Shown here: positions 22,118-31,610 of the stretch, in pieces
Numbering within the stretch: the stretch's first letter is position 1
How the letters are laid out: each line of letters starts with the position of its first letter
From: Bdellovibrionales bacterium
GTDB lineage: Bacteria > Bdellovibrionota > Bdellovibrionia > Bdellovibrionales > UBA1609
DNA: 64,000 bases
Direction: 5' to 3'
NCBI GenBank assembly: GCA_965261545.1
Contig: CBDHDF010000006.1
Location: 160,001-224,000, forward strand
The notes under the pieces: model-generated
Database searches by the model: none
What the model was told of the DNA's origin: nothing
Seen by the model: the letters and a program-made list of their open reading frames with translations, nothing else
Position numbers and translations under genes: made by a program

Positions 22118-23278
22118 TTATCTTGCAGAAGACGTAAATTGACGATGGGCTCTCACCACACTGTGATCAAACAACGGCCCCAGACCTGGAACCCCTTTCG
22201 GCATGGATTTATAAGATGACAGCCAAGTCTCTGGAGACTCCATACATAAGAATATATTCCAATCCTTATCATGGGACTTAAATAAATCAAGAACATAGCG
22301 AAACATCTCTTGTCGTAGATTTTGATCATAACGAAGCTTGCCATCACGACTCCTAAACATCTCTGACGAATTGACAAAGCTCTTCATTCCAAAACGCTCT
22401 CTCATCATATCCTTTTGCTCTGGAGAAAATCTTAAGGCTCCCATGGAGAGAATTTTCAATTCCTTTGGAGAAAACCGGGAAGTGATCTCTCCCACAAGGG
22501 TTTTGTAGCTCTGCTTCCAAAGGGGGTGCCAAATCATGGGGTCTATGTGAAAAGCCACAGAAAAGTTCCTATCAACACACTTTCGAGCCGCCATAAACCG
22601 CTCCTCAAGGCTGGCTGTGCCCCTCTCCTCGTGTTCAATCACAGTTTGTGGATTCACAGACCAACTGACGATAATATTTCCACAGTGGGGTTCATCTATG
22701 AATTGATCCACAAAGTGAGACTTTGTTTTAAACTCTAGCTGCCAAAGAGGAAATTCACGAAAAAGTCCAATAAGTTTTTTTGAATACTCCGTTATAGGAT
22801 CTAAAGAAAGACTGTCGATCACCTCCCCCGTGCCAATGCGAAATTTTTGCTGGGAACAGCTTTGTGCCAACTCTCGAAGCTCATCCATCGCCGCATCAAT
22901 ATTGGCATAAATTGTCAAAACAGGGGTATTTATAAAGCTCTGCAAGTAACAATAAGAGCAGTCCATATCGCACTGAAGGCCAAGGTTGAGAACAAAGTAA
23001 TTACAACAGACAAGACCTGGGCGCGCTCCTGGGCACCTCTTAAAGAAATGGCCCTTAAAGTTTTCCACATAAAGATGACGCTTGCTCCGATCGAATTCCC
23101 TAGCAGATAAGAGTCCTTGGGCACCTGAGAAAGGCCGCTGAGTCACCATTTGGATATTATCCCCAGGGAAAAGACTCTGAATTCGACGGCTCAACTCACT
23201 ATGCCAGCAATCTTTATGGATAAAAATTTGGTCAAATTTCTGGCCAAACTTTTGGTCAAACTTGCTTACCTCTACCAT
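22118..23278 (-). CDS. Spore photoproduct lyase-family radical SAM protein
   Basis: CDMDCSYCYLQ, GTGEVIDSL, EFKTKS, GKLRY. Confidence 0.85.
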   Translation of the reverse strand: MVEVSKFDQKFGQKFDQIFIHKDCWHSELSRRIQSLFPGDNIQMVTQRPFSGAQGLLSAREFDRSKRHLYVENFKGHFFKRCPGARPGLVCCNYFVLNLGLQCDMDCSYCYLQSFINTPVLTIYANIDAAMDELRELAQSCSQQKFRIGTGEVIDSLSLDPITEYSKKLIGLFREFPLWQLEFKTKSHFVDQFIDEPHCGNIIVSWSVNPQTVIEHEERGTASLEERFMAARKCVDRNFSVAFHIDPMIWHPLWKQSYKTLVGEITSRFSPKELKILSMGALRFSPEQKDMMRERFGMKSFVNSSEMFRSRDGKLRYDQNLRQEMFRYVLDLFKSHDKDWNIFLCMESPETWLSSYKSMPKGVPGLGPLFDHSVVRAHRQFTSSAR

Positions 23279-23504
23279 TCGAATCCTATCGAATCTTATT
23301 GAGTTTTTCTAACAAAGTAAGTTTTTTGATACAAACAAATTGTATTGTATAGAGGCTTTTAAATCCACACAGACCCCTCTATTCTATAAATCTATTCTAT
23401 AAAATCAGCGGGGCGTGGGTGGGGAAGCAAGGCGCCCCCATGAATGTTACCGCAGTTGCAGTATAGTCGTATAGCAGTATAATACAAGAGGATTCGAGGT
23501 AAGT

Positions 23505-24407
23505 ATGAAAAATATAATCCAACAACGGCTATGGTTATGGCTCTTAGCCACTGGAGTTCTTCTGTTTTTTTTAGCCTGTCAGCTTTCATTCAATAATGAC
23601 AGGGAGAGGGCTGCCTCATCCATTCACTCTAACAAACAAGCCTTTGAGCTAGACCCAGTTCTTCACCCCATTGGAGGTCGTATTGTATTTAACCGAAAGT
23701 GTGCAGACGAAACTCTTGACCATGTTCAAGCATACGCTAAAATGGGTTCCCAAGATGGCCGGGCACAAACAGTTGTCGCTGTCAACGTTGGGTACCGTAC
23801 CTCAAGCCAAGGACAGGGAGTCCATGTGCGTGTGGATTTAGAAAGACTGAAGCTGAATGCGAGAAAGGGTTGGGAAAGTGTGAACTATACAGTCCAGCTC
23901 AAAGGGCGCCACAAACAAAGAGCTTGGAAAAGTCAGGCACTGGATAGCTATCTCGGTGGTAAGGAAGGAGACATGCCCGGTAAGATAAGATTTAGCACTA
24001 AAAAAATGGGAGTCGACGACTGGATCACATTCGTGGAGAACGAGGACAGAGTTGAAGATTCAAACCACTTCTTCAATTTACCGCCAGATCTGTATCTCAG
24101 GACTTCAGACATGGAAGTGAAGAGCCCCCAAGACAAATTTGATCTGGAGTTGGTGCTTCAAAACAAATCCAACGGACAAGTCCTTGAGCTACAAGGGCCA
24201 CGGATTCGTATACCAAAGCGGATTTGGGCTATGAATCCTCCTGTTCCTTGTGCTACCTGCGGGCCTCGCAAGCTCGGATTGTTAGAAACGCTGAATCCAT
24301 TCCAAAAAGGTGGATTATTCCATGTATTGGCAAGGGCATTAAAATATGATAAATGCATCCAAGAGCGAAAGGCAGCCAAGAGATCTCTTGGCCCATATAT
24401 AGATTAG
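23505..24407 (+). CDS. Hypothetical exported protein or lipoprotein
   Basis: 300-aa ORF with GAGG RBS and an N-terminal hydrophobic stretch ending FLAC. Confidence 0.65.
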   Translation: MKNIIQQRLWLWLLATGVLLFFLACQLSFNNDRERAASSIHSNKQAFELDPVLHPIGGRIVFNRKCADETLDHVQAYAKMGSQDGRAQTVVAVNVGYRTSSQGQGVHVRVDLERLKLNARKGWESVNYTVQLKGRHKQRAWKSQALDSYLGGKEGDMPGKIRFSTKKMGVDDWITFVENEDRVEDSNHFFNLPPDLYLRTSDMEVKSPQDKFDLELVLQNKSNGQVLELQGPRIRIPKRIWAMNPPVPCATCGPRKLGLLETLNPFQKGGLFHVLARALKYDKCIQERKAAKRSLGPYID

Positions 24408-24605
24408 GCTACAAATGAGGCTATAAAAAAAATTAAGATGAGTAGATGGAAGAAAATAGACGTAGCCAATAGAAGAAAACAAAAGTAATAGATAGAAGAA
24501 AACAAAAAAAAAAGTAATAATAATAATATAGAGAAGATGCAGAAGCCATTAGATAAAAGCAATCAAAATATAAGAACATTAAGAATATCAAGAAAGGTTT
24601 AAAGC

Positions 24606-26720
24606 ATGGTTCACAAAAACTGGGAATTAGAAAACGTCAGAAATATTGGAATTTCTGCACATATTGACTCAGGCAAGACAACATTGACCGAACGCATCTT
24701 ATACTACACAGGAGAAATTCACGCTATTCACGATGTACGTGGCAAGGATGGTGTAGGAGCTAAGATGGACTCCATGGAGCTTGAAAAGGAGCGAGGGATT
24801 ACCATTCAGTCCGCAGCCACCAACGTACAGTGGAAAGACTTGGAGATCAATATTATCGATACGCCCGGTCATGTCGACTTCACCATTGAAGTGGAAAGGG
24901 CCCTTCGAGTGCTTGATGGAGCCATCCTCGTTCTTTGTGGAGTTGCAGGGGTTCAATCCCAGTCCATCACAGTGGATCGCCAGATGCGCCGCTACAGTGT
25001 CCCTCGACTTGCCTTTGTCAATAAGCTCGATCGTTCGGGGGCCAATCCCTTTCGAGTGAGAGATTCCCTTCGAGAAAAGCTTAAGCTCAATGCTGTGATG
25101 GTACAAATTCCTATTGGTCTTGAGGAGAACCACCAAGGAGCTGTCGATCTTGTCTCCATGAGAGCCTATATCTTTTCTGGAGACAATGGTGAAAAAATAA
25201 CAGAAAGCGAAATTCCTGAAGAACTTATGGAAGAGGCAAAAAAGTATCGAGCTGAACTCATCGGGGCCGCCGCAGATTTTGATGATGAACTCGGCGAAAA
25301 GTTCATCATGGAAGAAGAGCCCACCGAAGAGGAACTCCACAGAGCTATTCGCAATGGAGTCTTATCTTTGAAGATGGTCCCTGTTTTTTGTGGCTCCGCT
25401 TACAAGAACAAGGGGGTTCAACTCCTCCTCGACGCCGTGGACAGATACCTGCCCAACCCTAAAGAAATACGCAACGAGGCTCTCAACCAAGATGACAAAG
25501 AGGCCAAGGTTACTTTGAGTACAGACTCCGAGGCTCCTCTTGTGGCGCTGGCCTTTAAACTTGAGGATGGTCGCTTCGGCCAACTCACTTACATGAGAAT
25601 TTATCAAGGAACCATGAGGAAAGGTAATTTTATCTACAATGTTTCAGACAATAAAAAGAAAGTCAAAGTGCCTCGATTGGTGCGAATGAGTTCTGACGAC
25701 ATGGAAGACATCGAAATTGCCCATGCAGGTGATATTGTGGCCCTCTTTGGCGTTCACTGCGCCTCAGGAGATACATTTACAGATGGCAAGGTCAACTACA
25801 CTATGACTTCTATGTTTGTCCCCGACCCTGTGATCTCCCTTGCCATCGTCCCCAAGGAGAAGTCTCAAGCAGATAATTTTTCTAAAGCCTTGCAAAAGTT
25901 TCGACGTGAGGATCCCACCTTTAGGGTTCACCGCGATGAGGAGTCCAATGAAACAATTATCTCAGGTATGGGTGAACTCCACCTCGAAGTTTATGTGGAG
26001 CGCATGAAGCGGGAGTTCAAATGTGACGTGGCGACAGGACAGCCTCAAGTGGCTTACCGCGAAACCATTGGTCAAGCTGCCGACTACGACTACACCCATA
26101 AGAAGCAAACAGGTGGTGCGGGTCAGTTTGCGAAAATTGTTGGTAGGATTGAGCCCATCCCCGTGGAAATTGAAGAAACCTATCAATTTGAAAACAATAT
26201 TAAGGGTGGAAATATTCCCCGTGAATACATCCCGGCCTGTGAAAAAGGTTTTAAAGAACAAATGGCCAAAGGCACATTGATTGGTTATCCCATTGTCAAC
26301 GTCAAGGTCTACCTCGATGATGGAGCCTATCACGATGTAGATTCCAGTGAAATGGCCTTTCGTATTTGCTCCATGGCAGCTTTTCGACAAGCCTATGAAA
26401 AGGCACGCCCCACAGCTCTTGAGCCATTGATGAAGCTTGAAGTGTCGGCTCCTGAAGAATTCCAGGGAAACATAATGGGTCAAGTGAATCAACGACGGGG
26501 AATTATTTCTGGCACCCAAACCGTTGAAGGATTTGTCACTGTGGAGGCCGAGGTCCCCTTATCTGAAATGTTTGGCTATGCCACAGACCTGCGCTCAGCT
26601 ACTCAAGGCAAAGGTGAATTTACCATGGAGTTTTCCCGCTACAATGCCACTCCTAGAAATATTCAAGGCGATCTCGCCAAGGAGTTTCAGAAAAAGAAAG
26701 AAGAAGAGGCAAAGAAATGA
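24606..26720 (+). CDS. fusA: Elongation factor G (spirochete/delta/mitochondrial EF-G1 type)
   Basis: [41 protein letters not shown]; not in an rpsL-rpsG operon. Confidence 0.96.
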   Translation: MVHKNWELENVRNIGISAHIDSGKTTLTERILYYTGEIHAIHDVRGKDGVGAKMDSMELEKERGITIQSAATNVQWKDLEINIIDTPGHVDFTIEVERALRVLDGAILVLCGVAGVQSQSITVDRQMRRYSVPRLAFVNKLDRSGANPFRVRDSLREKLKLNAVMVQIPIGLEENHQGAVDLVSMRAYIFSGDNGEKITESEIPEELMEEAKKYRAELIGAAADFDDELGEKFIMEEEPTEEELHRAIRNGVLSLKMVPVFCGSAYKNKGVQLLLDAVDRYLPNPKEIRNEALNQDDKEAKVTLSTDSEAPLVALAFKLEDGRFGQLTYMRIYQGTMRKGNFIYNVSDNKKKVKVPRLVRMSSDDMEDIEIAHAGDIVALFGVHCASGDTFTDGKVNYTMTSMFVPDPVISLAIVPKEKSQADNFSKALQKFRREDPTFRVHRDEESNETIISGMGELHLEVYVERMKREFKCDVATGQPQVAYRETIGQAADYDYTHKKQTGGAGQFAKIVGRIEPIPVEIEETYQFENNIKGGNIPREYIPACEKGFKEQMAKGTLIGYPIVNVKVYLDDGAYHDVDSSEMAFRICSMAAFRQAYEKARPTALEPLMKLEVSAPEEFQGNIMGQVNQRRGIISGTQTVEGFVTVEAEVPLSEMFGYATDLRSATQGKGEFTMEFSRYNATPRNIQGDLAKEFQKKKEEEAKK

Positions 26721-26802
26721 GACTTCTCCACTGGCTAGAGAATTTCAAATTAAAGAAGTTCAGAAAAAAGAAAGGGGAAGAGAGAAAGAAGGAGACAGCC
26801 CA

Positions 26803-27363
26803 GTGATACTCTCCGACCAGACCATCAAAGAAATGATTGATTTAGACACTCTCCAAGTAAGCCCCCTTCAGGAGGAATCTATTCAGTCCTCTTCTTTAGA
26901 CTGTCATTTGGGCTCTCATTACCTTGTCATCGAAGATCGCAACATGACAGCCATAGATATGAACTCTGAAATTATATACAGAACCATTGAAGATAAAAAA
27001 ATCACCATTCCTCCCCACTCTTTTCTTCTGGCTACTACGGAAGAGTACATTAAGCTTCCCAACCACCTGACAGCTTTTGTAGAGGGGCGCAGTTCTATTG
27101 GACGCATGGGTCTTTTTATCCAAAATGCAGGTTGGGTCGACCCTGGTTTTGAAGGTCGAATCACCCTAGAACTTTACAACGCCAATTCGCTGCCCATTCT
27201 ATTGGAGTCGGGAAGACGAATTTGTCAGTTGGTTTTTTGCCAAATGGATAAACCCAGTCTTCACCCCTACCGGGGGAAATACCAAGGGCAAAGTGTGACA
27301 ACAGGGAGTCGAGCCTTTGAGGATAGGGAGTCCTCTTATAAGCAAAAGAAAGCTTCCCAGTGA
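26803..27363 (+). CDS. dcd: dCTP deaminase
   Basis: ILSDQTI, EGRSSIGRMGL, AGWVDPGFEGRITLE, YRGKYQGQ; GTG start after AAGGAG. Confidence 0.93.
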   Translation: MILSDQTIKEMIDLDTLQVSPLQEESIQSSSLDCHLGSHYLVIEDRNMTAIDMNSEIIYRTIEDKKITIPPHSFLLATTEEYIKLPNHLTAFVEGRSSIGRMGLFIQNAGWVDPGFEGRITLELYNANSLPILLESGRRICQLVFCQMDKPSLHPYRGKYQGQSVTTGSRAFEDRESSYKQKKASQ

Positions 27364-27400
27364 AGTTTACCAAATGGTCATGGCTCACCCCGTTTATAGG

Positions 27401-27490
27401 GTGGCAAATCTCCAACTCCCCCATTGAGGCATTGGGAGGCTCAATGGGGGAGTGTCAGAGAACAAAAAATGGGCCTTTCTGGATAGGAAC
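27401..27490 (+). mobile_element. Orphan right-end remnant of an older ISNCY copy, with a strong hairpin
   Basis: Near-copy of 34731-34825 including the IR-like end CTGGATAGGAAC; no matching left end upstream. Confidence 0.75.
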
Positions 27491-28042
27491 TAGCTAGTTC
27501 CTGTCCAGGGAAGAAAGTTAAGTAGTTTTAAGTATTTACATGCCTTCCCTTTAGATTTTATGCTTTAAAATGGAGTCCATCAAACATAATCCGTGTAAAT
27601 TCAGTTACTTACATAAAACGGAAAAATAAAATAAGTTCCCCCCCCTCTCTTGACGAACCTTTCACAGCCCCTCCCTTTCAGTGACTTATGTGGCTATCAA
27701 CTGGTTACTTGATATGAGAGGAAGAGTTGGATCAACCTGTGTTTCCACCGTGGTGATTTCAAACCTCCTTCAGGGAAATAACATTACGTTGCGCATCAAC
27801 TTCAAAAAATACTTGACGTGTTTTTTCAGAGAAATAATTTTTGATATTTTATTCTTCATTTATTTTTTATGTAGGTTTTAGGAGGCGTGGGAACCTCTCT
27901 ATGAGGTAGAATTCTTATCCATGTTCTCCGAGAACCTCTCTGATTTTTTTCTTCTTAAAAGACATCCTTGCTCACTTTTTTCCCTCAAAAAAACGTATGT
28001 TAATATAAAAATTAAAGAGAAACTTTCACCAAAGGGGGGACT

Positions 28043-28358
28043 ATGCGCCATTTGAAGAAGACACAGTTGGGACTCTTTTCCCAATATCCTAACCACCAAC
28101 TCAGTACAGAATTGCAGCAAATTAATAACATCATTGATCGCCATCCAGAGTTTGCCCATATGGTTCATGAAGACCTTGTTAAAGAAAAGAAAGATTCTGG
28201 TGATATTGGTATGACATCGGAGCAAGTTCTCAAGGTGGCTATTCTTAAATCCATAAGAGGTCTTTCCTATCGTGCGTTAGCCTTTAATCTTGTCGATTCA
28301 GTATCCACCAGAGCTTTTCTGGGCCTTGAATTGGAAGAAAATTACGCTCACTCCACCT
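28043..28358 (+). pseudogene. ISNCY transposase N-terminal fragment
   Basis: GMTSEQVLK...LSYRALAFNL.DS...FLG; continues in frame at 33524 through the 19-bp duplication. Confidence 0.85.
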
Positions 28359-28789
28359 CTGTTAGGCGCCAATTAAAATTGGCCATTTTTAGAAGCCGTC
28401 GCCAATGAAAAACGGCCAGTTGATGATGTACTGATTTAGTTATTCTTCGTTCAGAGTTTAGTCAAGTGTCTTTATTTTGCTCATCATTTAACTCGGACTA
28501 TGCCACAAGATTCTGAGGAATGATTTTCTGCCCACCACTTTTGGCATGAACCCAAATGCATCCTTCAGCCCTATGGCAGAGGTAAATGGAGTATTTTTCA
28601 GGATTCCTTGGCGCAGCTAATGTCTAAAGCTCCGCGAGAGTGACGAGCAAATAGTACGGTAAAAGCCAGTTATCCATAAATTTATCCATGGCGACACTGC
28701 GGCTGTGACCCCGATGTCTAGCAACGCAGTGCTGCTGTGGATAAATTTTGTGGATAACTGGCGAGTTCCTTCCCCAAAAGTGGGGATCT

Positions 28790-29573
28790 CTAATGAACTT
28801 CTTTGGTTGAACTTTCCTCTTTGCTCTGTTTAGACTTGGCTTTTGCCGATTCGGTTCTCCAACTTTCTTTTCCTTCAATGTTGAGGGTTTCACAGTTGTG
28901 AATGATTCGATCAACAGCAGCAGCGGTGGTAATAGGGTTAAGAAACACCTTATCCCATTCAGAGTATGTTAAGTTTGTAGTGATCATGAGACTTTTCCTT
29001 TCATATCGCTGAGATATGAATTGAAAGAAAAGATCTGCCCCCTCTGTGCAGGAAGCTGTATAGCCAAGTTCATCACAAGCAATTAAGATCAAAACGGTCT
29101 AATTTCTTAAAAAGAGCATTCAATGAGAGTTCTTTCTTGCTTTCACGCATTGTTTCAATAAGTTCATGAGTGGTGACCCATAAACATCGATAGCCTTGTT
29201 CACAGAGTGAACGAACTAGGGACATGGCCAAATGACTTTTCCCCATTCCAAAGCTTCCGTAAAACACAACATTACAGGCTTTTCTGACCCACTCTCCCTC
29301 TGCCATCCAATTAATTTGCTGAGCTGTCACTCCCGTTCTTTTCTGGAAGTTATAAGTTTGGAGTGATTTAAGTTGAGGAAGCTTGGCCCCCTTAAGCAAT
29401 CTTTTCACTCTCTGGGAATGCTTGTCAGCAAGCTCATTTTGAACGAGTATACCTAAATACTGTTCATACGTCTTTTTTGTTTTTTCGGCAACTCTAGCCG
29501 TTGCAACATATTCATCCGCCATCGCTGGAAGTCGGAGTTTTTTAAGAGAACCTATAAGTTCTTCGTGATTCAT
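28790..29573 (-). pseudogene. istB: IS21 helper ATPase IstB, frameshifted near 29085
   Basis: Walker A GSFGMGKSHLA in one frame; ACDELGY, ITTNL.YSEW, DRIIHN and ESWR in another. One extra A in GAT CTT A ATT GCT TGT GAT. Confidence 0.85.
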
Positions 29574-31039
29574 TAAGAACCTCCTATGTTTGGAACAAGA
29601 CTGTCATATTGAGACAATCTAGGTTGAAGTGGTTTTTGTTGGTCATTCAAATTAATTTTGGTGGGATTGCCTAAGAGCAAATCTTTTATGGATTTAAAGT
29701 CGAAAATCTCACGACTTTCTAATTGAAGCTCCATGGCTGTAGATAAGTCCTGCCAACTCACATGCTGAATCAAGTTGATAACTCTTAAATATTCATGCTC
29801 GGCACGGCTTGAATCTTGTTGCTTGAGGTATTGATAAAAATTTTCAAACACATTTGTTGGAAAAAGAATGGATCGGTGAGCCCATCTTACCATGGCTTGC
29901 GGCTTACGAACTAAAGAGGGAAGGATATGTTCAAGAAGAAGACTATGCTCCCCATCAGGTTTTCTTTGATGGCGAGCGACAATTTCTTGCTTCCCTCCTG
30001 CACGATAGATCGTGACATGATAGGGACCCTGTACGGTTTTACAGGGAGATTGGATCACCTCATCAGGTATGGAATATGTGGTTTTACCTATTCTCAAAGT
30101 CCCATAACCATTACTTTGACAAATATTCACCTTACAGAGAATATCTTCATCTCGTGGAGGCAAAGGCTTAAGAACTTTGGCCTCCTCCTCAAAGCGAGAT
30201 TTGGTGGAGTCACTCTGATGCTGATCCATATAAGACTCTAAAAACTGATTCAAATGATCCCAGTCTTTAAAAACAATTCCTTTGTTTCTAACAATATTTT
30301 TTATCCGAGAACTGAAGGTTCGAATATCACGCTCCACATCTCCCTTGTCAGAGCCCTTCCCTGCGCGGCAGGGAAGAACCTTAAATCCATAGTATTGGAT
30401 GGCTCGATCAAAAGATTGGGTGTAAATTCGCTGATTTCCTTTAAGAACTTTCTTCACACAGGGAGATAAATTATCAATACGGATGTTCGCACTCATCCCA
30501 CCTATCTTTTCAAAAAAAGCATGCACCCCATCGATGAAACACTCATAGACAAGAAAGGGGTAGGCACGAACCCAACAGGTGCCACTACAAGGCAATGTTC
30601 CAAAATGGAGATGAACGATCTGAACACCATCGGCAAATGGTAAAGCAACCTTCTCCTTAAAATCAAACTGAGCCTGTTCTCCAGGATCATATCTTTGGCT
30701 GAAAAAACGCTCCTTGGGGCGAGAACCAAGAATCTCACAAACTCTTCTCTGAACCGTTCTCTCACTCCCACGATAACCCTCCTCAACTAATAGCTCATAT
30801 ATTTCACGGGCGGTGTTACTTGGGTTCAACTTCAAAAAGTACTTCACCCGATCCATATATCCATTAAGGGGATCTGGGCGAGTTCTTTTGGACCTCGCCT
30901 TGTACTTCGGTGGGGTGTTGGACTTACAGTACTTGCGCACCGTCTTACGATTGATCCCTAATTCACGAGATATTTCTGTCTTATTTTTACCACTGTGACT
31001 CAGGTCACGAATGCGGCCGAAAGTGTATTGACTAATCAT
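29573..31039 (-). CDS. istA: IS21 transposase IstA
   Basis: HTH ISRELGINRKTVRKY, PGEQAQFDF, DN and KGDVER; GAGGAGG RBS before the ATG at 31039. Confidence 0.92.
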   Translation of the reverse strand: MISQYTFGRIRDLSHSGKNKTEISRELGINRKTVRKYCKSNTPPKYKARSKRTRPDPLNGYMDRVKYFLKLNPSNTAREIYELLVEEGYRGSERTVQRRVCEILGSRPKERFFSQRYDPGEQAQFDFKEKVALPFADGVQIVHLHFGTLPCSGTCWVRAYPFLVYECFIDGVHAFFEKIGGMSANIRIDNLSPCVKKVLKGNQRIYTQSFDRAIQYYGFKVLPCRAGKGSDKGDVERDIRTFSSRIKNIVRNKGIVFKDWDHLNQFLESYMDQHQSDSTKSRFEEEAKVLKPLPPRDEDILCKVNICQSNGYGTLRIGKTTYSIPDEVIQSPCKTVQGPYHVTIYRAGGKQEIVARHQRKPDGEHSLLLEHILPSLVRKPQAMVRWAHRSILFPTNVFENFYQYLKQQDSSRAEHEYLRVINLIQHVSWQDLSTAMELQLESREIFDFKSIKDLLLGNPTKINLNDQQKPLQPRLSQYDSLVPNIGGS

Positions 31040-31164
31040 AAGATCCTCCTCATTGCTAACCTTTTGAGTTGCAAGAGGGAGGGACTCTGTGAGCTTAGTA
31101 TCTATATCAGAAGAAGAGACTTCATTGTCTAGTATTTGAACACTCCCTGAAGATTGGTCACTTT

Positions 31165-31539
31165 TCATTGGCGACAACCTCCATATTGAAAGTGGGACAT
31201 TTTAATTGGCGACGGCTTTAAGGGAAGCCTGTCTTTAGAAAGAAATTCCATGAAAATTGAGGCAAATGTTGGAATCTTGTGGAATTTAAATACTTTAGAA
31301 AATGGGCACAGCCTAAACAGGCTTTTCTTGACTATATATTTAACCTCATTGAAATCCAGAAACAGTCTACAAATGACAAATATGGAACCTGAATAGGCTG
31401 TCATGGAAGGACTCTCCAACACGGAGCCCCTTTCCAGGTCGACAAGAACCCAAAAGGAGTTCTTATCAGCTCGGAGCCTTTTTATGAGTAATATCAATTG
31501 ATTATATGCGTCTCGGTTGACAATGCCAAAAATCACCAT
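31165..31539 (-). CDS. Possible accessory ORF inside the IS21 left region
   Basis: 124-aa ORF with strong AGAGGAGG RBS; no recognisable motif. Confidence 0.3.
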   Translation of the reverse strand: MVIFGIVNRDAYNQLILLIKRLRADKNSFWVLVDLERGSVLESPSMTAYSGSIFVICRLFLDFNEVKYIVKKSLFRLCPFSKVFKFHKIPTFASIFMEFLSKDRLPLKPSPIKMSHFQYGGCRQ

Positions 31540-31610
31540 AGGTCCTCCTCTGAAAAGTGGCCACTTTTCATTGGCGACGGTGGGGCATTTTAATTGTCAG
31601 CTAACAACCT

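Larger units (their letters stand above)
28360..31606 (-). mobile_element. IS21-family element (3247 bp), 5-bp TSD ACCTC
   Basis: Ends TGTTAG... / ...CTAACA; reiterated TTGGCGAC/GTCGCCAA subterminal repeats; istA-istB; ACCTC at 28355-28359 and 31607-31611. Confidence 0.92.

Noticed and set aside
23405..23445. G-rich imperfect hairpin as an IS200/IS605 end or REP element
   Set aside because: Single copy with weak pairing and no associated transposase.
24699..26519. Long antisense ORFs over fusA (similar ones over groEL and sdhA)
   Set aside because: Shadow frames of conserved genes with no motifs or RBS.
26524..26802. N-terminal extension of dcd overlapping fusA
   Set aside because: Homology starts at ILSD, and GTG 26803 has a good RBS.
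31040..31177. Long IstA N-terminus
   Set aside because: It begins within the end repeats; a strong RBS precedes ATG 31039.
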